A DNA stretch of 62,064 nucleotides, the filler included, from Rhabdomonas costata (taxonomy: Eukaryota): NCBI GenBank assembly GCA_019059605.1. It is 24 parts of 24 records of this genome, joined end to end, with 100 filler letters (N's around TTAATTAATTAA, not from the genome) between each part and the next. Parts side by side here need not be neighbours in the genome. Positions count along the whole stretch, not along the records: positions 51,813 to 54,301 come from JAHMHO010003185.1; positions 54,402 to 56,888 come from JAHMHO010003186.1; positions 56,989 to 59,476 come from JAHMHO010003187.1; positions 59,577 to 62,064 come from JAHMHO010003188.1; 20 more parts are not named here. The stretch is one strand, 5' to 3'. Positions 52,259-62,064 of this stretch are shown here, in pieces. The notes under the pieces are model-generated. The model was given only the letters and a program-made list of their open reading frames with translations. It made no database searches and was not told the DNA's origin. Position 1 is the stretch's first letter; every line of letters starts with the position of its first letter. The position numbers and the translations under genes are program-made.

Positions 52259-53852
52259 CTGAATATCCGAGGGCAGAACCATTGATCCGATCACGTCCAG
52301 CGCCGCGAGCAAGTAGCTTCCGTTGCACTCGGCCATTGCCAAAAGCGCTGAGGCGACTCTCTGTTGGAACAAGAGCGACATTTTACCATCAAAAATGCAC
52401 AGTCCCTCACTTTCTAAACGGCCATCAAGGCCATCAAGTTCTTTCCGCAGTATTGGACTTTTGTCGAATCCTTCTCAAGCATCACATAGAAACCTAGAGG
52501 GCTAAGTACGAGCAGGCCTGGGGTCACATTCAAAAATTCCGCACCATTCAAAGAGCTAAATGCGACCCAACATACCACTTCAACCCCCCGCAGGGCACAA
52601 TGTTTCGAACGAGCGGCACCCTCGAACAAGAAGAAGAGGAAAAATAAAGTGCGATTGAGCACTTCCGGACTTCATTGATCCCATTATGCAGATTGAAAGA
52701 CTCCAGCAGGACGCACTTCGTGGTGGGTGACGTCCACAAGGTCTCGTAAGACCTCTACAAAGTCGCACAGCAGAGGCCCCTCTTGCAAGGTTTCGAGCAC
52801 TTGTAGAGCTGTGTCAACAAGATCACTGCTTCCCCCAAGGGAGGAATCACTGCAGGTGAACAAAGACTCGAAACTGGGAAGCCGAACCCAATCGTCTCTT
52901 AGCCCCTTCTCTTTGCCAATGAAAAAACTTCGCACAAACATACACAAACGCGAACAAACAGAAACAACTGTCCCAAAGTCAAAGAATAAGACATTAAAAG
53001 AGAAGAAATGACAAGAACAAGAGAAAACCCATAAAAAGACCGTGAGGAACCCCCTGTCTGTTTGATTTGCAAGGTAAGTACACTGGTCGATATCACAGAT
53101 GAAACCTCGATTTTTCCAAACAAGCCCCCATAAAAAACCTCGATTTCATTTTTCAAAAAAATCTGCTTCTATTTGAAGCAGATGACATTCACGGCAGCAA
53201 TACAGGGTAGCAGTGCAGGAAACGGCAAACACCGGGCAACGGTGGCTCCCATCCACCGCAGGCCACTAAGAACAAAGGGGCCAAGCCTCGGGTTAAGTCC
53301 TGGCAGCGCCTCGACTAAAACTTTCACCACTGTCGGTTGAACCATGGGCAGCCGCAGCACCAGCTCGCACAGCGACAGCGAGTGAGCAAGCTCGCCGTCC
53401 CGAGAAAAGGGAACGCTGCAACAAAAAAATTGCGGATACCAAGCTTTGTTTTCGCTCCAAATGGCTGTCAGTGGAAGACACATTTCAAAGGTGTGCGTAA
53501 TTAGCGCAAGTCGGTGTCCTGTGAAGGAGCCGAGGGCAATCCCCACTTGGATTTATTACAGTTGAGGCCGACCAAACCTCAAGGTTTCCCCAGTGTAAGC
53601 CTTCTCTGGTGCAAATGTGTCGCCTCGGTGAATGCAGTGCTGAGAAATTGCGGCCCTGGACACTTTTTATGAGAGTGGAGAGGGCGGAGATCACAAAGCC
53701 ATGCCTGAGCTTTACTCGGCCTTCCAAGAACTCAACATTCGCTTCGGGGTCACCCAGGAGGGCCGTCAGGTCGTCGTAAACATCCTTCGCTGCAGCTGCA
53801 GGACTGACAAGCACTCCGCGACGCACTCTCTGCAGAAACTCGGCAAGATTAT
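52259..53852 (-). CDS. FANCD2: FANCD2-like protein, N-terminal exons (53852-53721, 53415-53233, about 52825-52717, 52360-52259; small exon likely near 53605-53578)
   Basis: SLSLCELVLRLPMVQPTVVKVLVEALP...VLSGLRWM, DLVDTALQVL...DFVEVLRDLVDVTHHE and RVASALLAMAECNGSYLLAALDVIGSM run colinear with the FANCD2 N-terminal helices (SLIKLLL..LQP...LFEKLP, QLKWL, LPEI...H, PILDVLSSL). Confidence 0.6.
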
Positions 53853-54940
53853 CTGATGGGATGGAAAACGCAGAGGTCAAGAACAACTGCCTTGTGCGAA
53901 CAAAGCGACCCTTTGAAAAGGTGACCGCAACAATGTGAAGTTGGTCACTTTCAAAGTTTTTGCACCCCCACAAAGCGAAACTCAAGTTCACCAAAAGTAC
54001 AATTCACACAAAGATGACACGTTGAAAAAAGTGCACAACAGTCATGCCTGTGTGAAACAGGGTTCCGGAGTCCGTGCTTAATCCATCTGAAAAACCGAGT
54101 CGAATGTAATCAGAGTTCCATTAACGTCCGTGGTAGCTCATTGGCAGAAATAGTTCCAAATGGAACCAAGTTTGTTAGCAAAGAGCGAAAGCAAAGGGAC
54201 CGAATGTTGAGGCGATGCAGCAAGGTATTGAAATATGACCGAAAGTCCGCAGAAAAAAGTAGTCGACATGTTTCTACGTTCACAACCAGTATAAACCCAC
54301 ANNNNNNNNNNNNNNNNNNNNNNNNNNNNNNNNNNNNNNNNNNNNTTAATTAATTAANNNNNNNNNNNNNNNNNNNNNNNNNNNNNNNNNNNNNNNNNNN
54401 NGTGTTTTGCTTCTAAGCAGAATTCACAAACTGATGAAAAGGGCACAGAATGGTCACTCACACAGGGCCTTTCTATCACAAAAGAGGCGCTCCAGCCCAC
54501 TCCGGTCGCACCTTATCCTTAGGAATGCGAAGCAGCCCCGGCCAAAGACTTATGCTCATTATACAAGCGTGGAATGATGTCATTTTGGCCCTGATGTGTG
54601 GCGAAGACGAGAAGGCCTCAAAAGGGCAAAAAAAAAACGGACCTGCCGTGCTCTCTCTGGGAAGTTGAGAGCAAACTCAACCGGCAACTAACTCAAGTTA
54701 CGTCTGTATGATGACTGTAAGCCAACAGTGGCCCAATGCAACTTGGGGAGAGGAGGGGGCTTGGTAAACAATGACTATCAATGATAAACGCGACAGCGCG
54801 CCGTGCACATCCGGCTAGCGAACCCCCCTTGCTCGGACCCATGCAGCTTCTGGTCAGGGGTCGCTGGTTCCGGAAATGGCCGTGGCTTCTTGTCGGGACA
54901 TCGTTGGGACGACCGCGAAACCACACGCACACAGACATAC

Positions 54941-55877
54941 CCGCACGGTGGTGTCGTCGGAGCCTGTAACGACCCTAGCCCCGGACAGCGCGACGGCCAG
55001 CACAGAGCCGCTGTGGCCGGCCAGCACGTGCAGGCCTTCCGCCCCGCTGATGGTGTGTAGGCGGGCGGTGCGGTCGAAGGAGCCCGTGACCACAACCCCA
55101 CTACCGGCCGCGGGGCTGAACGCCACCGCACAGACCTGTCCATAAACCGGAGGCACCCCTCCCCTCTTCCTTTTCGCTGCCCTACTCCCCTTCACCCACC
55201 GCAACCAGACGTCAATAACAATGCACACAAACATCCACGCACTCTCATTTGGAGTTTTCCTGCAGGCGGTGGTCTGATCTATTCTCCCGCCTCTGTAGCA
55301 GCTCCCCTTCCTCATCTGTTGGGGGAGGTCCTAACAATAAATTCACTGTATAAAATCTGGGTTTGCCTTCTGCGCTCGCCGCCCAGCGTGCGCGCGCATA
55401 CACACATGAAAATGATGCCTGGAAGTGGAAAATGCAATGTGGAATGATGCGGGGCGACGTGCAATTTTTGTGGCTGCACTTCAGCAGGACAGCCTTTTTG
55501 CTTAGAGATGAGAAAAACCAAAACTGAAGTTCCGTCAATAAACCGCAAAATGGCAATTCGCAAAATAAGAAAAGCAGGCATCCTTGGCATCCCACCGCCT
55601 GCAAACTGACGTACGCACGCGCGCGCAGGCACACACACACACACACACACCGTGTTGGTGTGGCCGGGGTAAGTCTGCAGGGCGGCACCACTGAGGCTAT
55701 CCCACAGCACCGCGGTGCGGTCGGCACCCCCCGAGAGGAAGTGCCTCTCGTCCCCACTTACTGCCACACAGGTCACCGGGGATCCGCCGTGGCCCCGGAG
55801 GGTTCCCAGGGCGTCTCCCGTGGAGGCGTCCCAAATCATAACCGTGCCATCCTCGGAAGCCGAGACTACCGCATGGC
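54941..55877 (-). CDS. WD40-repeat protein, partial (exons 55877-55651, 55135-54941)
   Basis: SASEDGTVMIWD...LRGH, SGGADRTAVLWD...YPGHTNT/VCAVAFSP, TGSFDRTARL, LAGHSGSV and TGSDDTTVR. Confidence 0.93.
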
Positions 55878-57720
55878 CTGTTTCCGCCATGCCCACGATA
55901 TGGAGGAGAGAAACGATCCAACCCTGATCGACCACCGGGTGCTTCATAAAGAATGGCACCATCTCGTTATCAAATAAAACCTCAGGTAGACGATTTCCAT
56001 TGGAACGGTTTCCATAAATTGCCAACAAACTGAAGGATTTTGCTGCTTAATGGTTGAATGACTTTTCAGAGAAACGTGCAAACGTGTTCAACCAGAAAGA
56101 GTTGGAAGGGTTTCTTGCCCCAGTGTTGGACGCCGGGTGCACAGAGATTTTCCTGGGAGTTTTCTGTTCACCAGCCTGGGGCACGTATGGCAGGTGGAGG
56201 GTGCGGTCTGGTGAGCCGGCAACTCACATCTGCCACAGGACTCTCCGTGACACCCATACGCTGCGCGCGTGTTAGGTTAGGGGCATGTTTTTTTGTTGTT
56301 AGCGCTCTTATTCACTTGCCTTCTCCGTCTTTTAATCGCTCAAACATTCACATGAACAAACAAACAACTGTCTCCAAGAAGTAAAGGAGCCGGTTTCCGC
56401 AGTGGGATGGAAAAACGGTTAATAATATTATGTCGCTTCTCGAGGTGTCTGCAACCCTAGCGGAAGGTCCACTGCACTCGCTCCTGTCTGCGTACCGGCT
56501 TTGGACCACTTTTCGCCTCCAATTCTCCAAGCAAACTCCTCAAGCCTGAGATAATCTTCTTGTATCCAGACGGTTAACAGCAACCCTGGCGTCGCAGGGG
56601 CATGGGGCCCTTCCTTTTCGATCCTAATTTGCTGCTCTTTATTCGCCATTATCCGTACCATTGTATGAAATGACTGAACCCCGAATGAACTTTATCGGAA
56701 TCGGAAGAGAGGAAAACACACACACACAAAGCATTTTTTTGCATCTGTAAAAAATCCCAGCATAGAAAAACACGACTTTCCAAAGAGCAAAGCAGCACGC
56801 TTCACGCCCTCCCCACGGGCTGCACACACACAGACCTGCAGGGCAAAACGCGCAGCCCCAAACAGGGGCCGCGCCGTGCCCCACAACANNNNNNNNNNNN
56901 NNNNNNNNNNNNNNNNNNNNNNNNNNNNNNNNTTAATTAATTAANNNNNNNNNNNNNNNNNNNNNNNNNNNNNNNNNNNNNNNNNNNNTTTTTGGAACGC
57001 CCCGATGGGTTTGGTGTAGAGATTTGGGGTTGGGGTGTCATCCGCCTTTTGGGGTGTCATCCGCCTTCAAGTCAGTTCAATGAAGGGAAACCAAATCCAT
57101 GTGAAAGCACAGCCTCACGACCAAGCTATCGCTGCGTTCGAACGCAAAGCTTCCGGAACAATACAAAATTCAGAAGAAGCACCAAATCTTGCAAGGAGCG
57201 CGCTCTGAGCTCACTGCGCGAGCCAAGCACGCTGGCATGGCGTTCTGTCATGCGCGGGCTGGTCCTGACGAAAAGCCCGCCTCAGAATTTATTTCTGCAC
57301 CAGCACCTCTCGTGGCTCATTTCTGTGACGTTTCCACGGGTTCCAGGGGGGGGGGTGCCGACTTTGGCCTAAAAGGCTCATGCATATTCCCAAAATGGCC
57401 AGAATCAGGCAACCGCAGGCAAAGCGTGCTCATTAAGTGCATCTGTATCCGAATGTAAGTCGCTCACGAGGAGTTCTGAACTGTCTGGACACAGCAGCAC
57501 AGTGACGTTATGGTAGCCATGGTTTAATCCTCACGCATTCTCCAGGTATCGTCGTAAGCTGAGGACTTGTAAGATTTCTGTCAACCCAATGTGACCAAAA
57601 ACAAAAAATGCCAACTACTGCAAAGGACTGTGAAAGCTCTCTGCACCGGAATTGTTCACAACGTTTTCCTTTTTTCTGCCCAGGACGTGAAATGATTTTA
57701 AGGCTGGGCAGCATTGCCCA

Positions 57721-59286
57721 ATGAAGTATAATGAGCTTGTGTATCCCCTACCGCCACAGCTCTTTCCTGAGTGTGGACGTGTTGGACGTGTTTTACCGGA
57801 CTGGGCCACCATCCCAGAGATAAAGGAGTGTGAAACTTCGTTAATCACGACGGAGGTGGTCAATCCTCAGGATGAAAAGGCGGTGACCAGCTTTATTGCA
57901 GCCCGGTTTCCAAAGGAAAGCCTTCCCTCGTATGACTCTAAAGATCCCACCCACAGGGCCATTGCTGGGGTGGCGACATATGTTCAGCGGCACCCGGCCC
58001 TGCAGGCTGAGTGTCGGGTTATAATTGGTCTTCTTTTGAGCAAGCTTCTGGTTGTGAAGCCACTTCCGGATTGCGATGAGGGATTACCCCTTGAAGACGT
58101 AGAAGAGCTGAGCCGAGTTCTTGCGACACCCTCGACGTGCAGCTGCCGATGGGATGTTGTGCGGTACTTTGCTCGTCATGCGTATGTACAATGCTGCAGT
58201 GAGCTTGCCCTGGAAATCTGCCGGGTAAGAGATGCGGACTCCTTTGAAGCGATTCAGCTATTCATGGTGGAAGCGTCCGGCCAACCCAACGAAAAGGCTG
58301 ATCTTGACATGCTTACACCTGAGTTGAAGGCCAAAGCCGTTGAAGCTTTGGCTGGCAGGGAAAAGTGTTGCGAAGCGACGCTGGAGGTCGAGGCCAAGGC
58401 GAAAGCAGTGTGGGATGCCGGAGAAGGTGTTGAGAAGGAGGATGGGAAAGTGAAGATTGCAAAAGCAGAAGCAGAAGCGGCGGAACGTACCGAGCGGGCT
58501 GTTCAACCGGGAAGTGGATCAACGGAAGCCGCTCTGCGGGTTGAACTCGTGAAAACAAAAGCACTGCTGGCGGCAGAAAAAGCACAGTCGGCGCTGAAAA
58601 ACGCCCGACTGGCCCTGAAGGATGCCCAGTCCGCCCTGAAGGATGCTGAATCGGGGCTTGAGAAAGCCGTGTGTGCATTCATGAAACAAAAGTGGTTCGG
58701 CTGCCTTCGCGGCTTCTCAGCATCTGGGGCCATCTTTGTGGCCGGGTGGGGACCCATTGCAAACGTTGCGGACGCTTGTGTGCTTGTTGCCCATGAAATG
58801 AGTCGCGCCCGAGCGCGGAAGAACAACCTCGCACTGGTTACTCCTCCTCCATCCCCGCCCCAAGACGAGGACGAGGTGCCAAAGCCCCCGCAGCATCCTC
58901 CTGAGCCACCCGCACCAGAACGTGTGACTTGGGAGCATGACTTAGCCAATGAGTTCGTGGCTTCGCATGAAGAGTATTTGTTTTTGAAGAACCTGATGCC
59001 TGAGGGCCCTTCGCTTCGGCCGGAGCTTGGTCGAATCACGGAGCTGCTGCTATTTGGTGGCCAGCCTAGACTTTACTGTTGTCCAGAGGACCTGAATACT
59101 GCTGTGGTAAGGGCGATTGCGAGCTTGCTGTTTTCGAAAGACTTCGAGAAGGGCTGCCCCTATCAGGGCGTTCTTGTGGATGTTCGGCAGTTCGGCCAGA
59201 ATGTGTTGCGGTTCACGGGGCCGGCCGACTTTTGCCCGGTGATCCCGATCTGTGGCACTTCTGGGCGTCCGTGGTACCCTTGTTGA
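57721..59286 (+). CDS. Hypothetical protein, 521-aa ORF with coiled-coil and Pro-rich segments (may contain in-frame introns)
   Basis: Longest ORF in the window. It has an Ala/Glu/Lys-rich heptad region (AQSALKNARLALKDAQSALKDA) and PPPSPP...PPEPPAP. Donor-like sites occur at 58669 and 59107. Confidence 0.6.
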   Translation: MKYNELVYPLPPQLFPECGRVGRVLPDWATIPEIKECETSLITTEVVNPQDEKAVTSFIAARFPKESLPSYDSKDPTHRAIAGVATYVQRHPALQAECRVIIGLLLSKLLVVKPLPDCDEGLPLEDVEELSRVLATPSTCSCRWDVVRYFARHAYVQCCSELALEICRVRDADSFEAIQLFMVEASGQPNEKADLDMLTPELKAKAVEALAGREKCCEATLEVEAKAKAVWDAGEGVEKEDGKVKIAKAEAEAAERTERAVQPGSGSTEAALRVELVKTKALLAAEKAQSALKNARLALKDAQSALKDAESGLEKAVCAFMKQKWFGCLRGFSASGAIFVAGWGPIANVADACVLVAHEMSRARARKNNLALVTPPPSPPQDEDEVPKPPQHPPEPPAPERVTWEHDLANEFVASHEEYLFLKNLMPEGPSLRPELGRITELLLFGGQPRLYCCPEDLNTAVVRAIASLLFSKDFEKGCPYQGVLVDVRQFGQNVLRFTGPADFCPVIPICGTSGRPWYPC

Positions 59287-61284
59287 TTGAGAGAGTGGTA
59301 ACCATGCACTGACCCCCGCTGTGTCTTGGGCCTGCCCCTTTCCCCTGTCCCGCCGAAGCAACGAAGCCCTCGCTGCAGGTGTACTTTAGTCGCGCTAACC
59401 TGAACAACCAAGACATGATGAATAGCGGTGCTGCTGTTTGTGGAACACCGCTTTGTCCATTTTTGAGCGATGAGGCNNNNNNNNNNNNNNNNNNNNNNNN
59501 NNNNNNNNNNNNNNNNNNNNTTAATTAATTAANNNNNNNNNNNNNNNNNNNNNNNNNNNNNNNNNNNNNNNNNNNNGTGTTGTTTGTGTGCAGAGGGTGC
59601 TGATGACGGCGCCATGGCGGGACACGACACGCAGGTTTTCCTTCACTTTCTCCGCAGGCTACTCTTGGCAGTGTGCAGAACCGCATCCAGGCTTACGTGC
59701 ACCGTTGCAAGAGCCGGATGCTTGAGGATCTGGATGGCACGAGCTCGTCCACCCTCTCTAGTTTTTGGTTTGGGTGACTGGGACAGTATATACGTTTGCA
59801 TATGTTTGTGCGCAAAAGAAAAAGACGTAGGAGAAGGGGGAAAACGGGAAAGAAAGAAAAAGTAAGAAAAGAAGTTCACGGTTCCTGCCAATCCTGCGGC
59901 TGGACGGGGTCCTCCATTGCACTCTCTGTGCTCTCTGTGAAAAAAAAAACACTCCGCTTATGAGCCTGGCTGGTTTCCCTGCTTTCTTCAGTATTTTCAA
60001 AATTTCGAGTTTTTCGGTTTCCATGCGCCTTTCATGATTTGTTTCAGCGCGCAATCCAAATATTCTGTAACGCAACAGGGTTTGGGGTTAAGGAGGGGGT
60101 TGCTCCCATGTTTTTGTGATTTCTTTATTGCCGTCACTAGTTTGTCCAGCTTAGCCGCTGTATTGGATTGGTACAATGAATTTTCGCGATAATCGCCTTC
60201 TTCTTGAAAGCGCACTCGTGCCACGCAGGGCTGGCGCAGGCCATGTCGCTAGGATTTTCCGAGATGCAGTCCGTCGACAGCACCAGGCTGGCGCATCACA
60301 CCATCGAGCGCCAAACCCTTTCCGCATTGGTACACTACTTTCTCCCTTCCCTCCGTCCCCACTCACCACTTCTGTCCCCACACTCTTTTGCTATCGCTGG
60401 AGGTCCGATGCATTTTTTCCCATGGGGGGGGGGTGTTAAAGGATTTTACAAGTGTGTGTTACGATGTTGGGTGCTTTTCCTCGGTTTTTCTGGCGTGTCA
60501 GAGGCCGATTTCGGAGAATATGCCCGGTAACAGCGATGAACTGTTCTCCGGAGTTGCCGAACAAATGGGACAGAGTTATCATTGGCGAAGGCCAGCGCCG
60601 CGACTGCGGAGGCGAGCCCGCGGCACGGGCACTGCCGCAGGGCGGCTGAGGCGGAAACGTTGCCTGAGGGGCCTAGGGGAGTCTTTGTAGCAATGCCCCC
60701 AGCAAAAGCGACACATGAGGGGGGTTTTCTGGTGGCCGAGCCTACCAGCATAGTTTTGTCGTTAAACCATTACCCTTCCCCCTTCCCTTCCCAATGCATC
60801 GGACCCGTCCCTGGTTGTCTGTTGTTGTGATGCGCATGGTCTTCCATATGGACGCTCACCACCCTTCAGGCCGGGCCAAGGCAACCCCGCCGCTCGCCAG
60901 GACTGTGCAAAGGTATGCCCCGGTGTGCTTACTTTAACCGAGAAAGGCCGAGGCTGCAGGCTCAAGCTATTCAAAAAAACCTTTCCCAAACACTTCCAAA
61001 TAGTGAAAACTGAAGTCTTTTGCGTAACCGGTGTCGGAGGCTTGTGGTTTGTCTGAGTTCTCCTCCGCCTCGAGAGCACGCGTCTTTCACTCATTGCTCT
61101 CTTCGCGTCTGGTATTGACCCCCGTACTTCCATTGGACCGAACATTCTCATCGCAGTTGTGTCGAACGATGAAGTATGGGCAAATGTCCAAGGACAGATC
61201 GAAGCATGCATTTAGGAGGGAGGAACGCAGTGACGACCGACATCAAGGCATTTATTTTACTCTCTTTATTCTGTATCTGTGAGC

Positions 61285-61510
61285 TGAGCGTACCGCATAG
61301 CGGGAAGCGAAGCGAACCATCCACTCATAGGAGTGAGGGAGCGTAGCGACCTCACGACCAGCAAATATTCTTCTTCTTCTTCTATTCTTCTTCTCTATTA
61401 CCCCTGAGGTCTCGTAAGCGCCCTATGGCGGTGGAGAGACCTCAGCATCACATTTAGGGAGATGCGTAGCATCGACCAGCAAGAGCATCTTTCTTTCTCT
61501 TTAACCCCTA
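61285..61510. repeat. Hairpin-rich repeat-element terminus with a (TTC)n tract
   Basis: GCGAAGC (61307-61313); GTGAGG..GCGTAGC..CCTCAC (61333-61355); CTGAGGTCTC...GAGACCTCAG (61404-61445); GATGCGTAGCATC (61461-61473); GACCAGCAA twice, each followed by a pyrimidine tract. Confidence 0.6.
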
Positions 61511-62064
61511 TGTGCCCCCAAGTCGAGGAGCGGTAGGAATCGGAGTAATGCCCTGGGTCACGAAGCATGCAGTCACGCAGTGGCGCTTGCGTAGTAGGAG
61601 TAGTAAAGGCATCGCAGATAGAGGTAAGAATGCCCCTGGGTTACGCTTTCACTCTCTCAAGGAACGAAGCATGGGTGCGTCAGCGAGCCATGCGTAGTAG
61701 AGGGCATCGCGATAGAAGGTCCCTCGAGGCATCTTGGCATTCTTTCTTCAGAGGGTGGGTTCAGGCATCGAGGGTTACGCTTACACTCTCAAAGCTGGTA
61801 GTAGTGGTTACCTTACGCACTAACTCACCACATGCCCTCAACCCCAACATCCGACACCCAACCCCGAACCCAGAAGCCATGAAACACACACCCCTAGCAC
61901 CAGAAACACACCAAGCTACTGCCTTGACACCCACACTCAACATCCCGACATCCTGACCCCAACACCACGAACCCCAAAACACGAACCTCAGAACCCAAAC
62001 ACACCCTACGCAAAGAAACACAAGAAGCAACATACTCAGCTTGACATCGCAGCAACCACCACCC

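Noticed and set aside
54126..54170. tRNA-like start GTCCGTGGTAGCTCATTGGCAGA
   Set aside because: It has an A-box-like D-arm only, with no anticodon arm, T-loop (GTTCRA) or acceptor-stem partner.
57030..57067. Short duplications and microsatellites (2 x 19 bp here; also (CCT)n 835-853, (TTG)n 38891-38914, (GA)n 50435-50458, (CA)n 55630-55650)
   Set aside because: Ordinary slippage repeats with no spacers or associated genes.

Overview
This window is not a contiguous locus. It consists of 24 short contigs of about 2.49 kb, roughly size-sorted and joined by 23 artificial 100-nt spacers (44 N + TTAATTAATTAA + 44 N), so adjacency across spacers means nothing. The DNA comes from an intron-rich eukaryote. 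The EF-2 sequence is kinetoplastid-like but full of spliceosomal introns, which points to a non-kinetoplastid euglenozoan such as a euglenid or diplonemid (inference). Most contigs start G/T-only and end A/C-only, suggesting whole-genome amplification with degenerate primers. Partial multi-exon genes recognised by motif: EF-2, a NEK kinase, a Shewanella-like phosphatase, a DHHC palmitoyltransferase, a Dcp2-like Nudix decapping enzyme, FANCD2-like, a TRIC/TMEM38-like channel, an ELAPOR/KIAA1324-like Cys-rich protein, a GT10 fucosyltransferase and a WD40 protein. The best leads are: (1) a decayed 2.36-kb tandem or circular unit joining a Ty3/gypsy integrase-tail motif to a DIRS-type adenine methyltransferase, which is split by an antisense tyrosine-recombinase fragment between 9-bp direct repeats; (2) relaxed splice donors, with several GC-AG introns and two candidate GA-AG introns; (3) a cluster of GNA-triloop hairpins resembling the end of a rolling-circle element. 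All homology calls come from reading motifs by eye; no searches were run.
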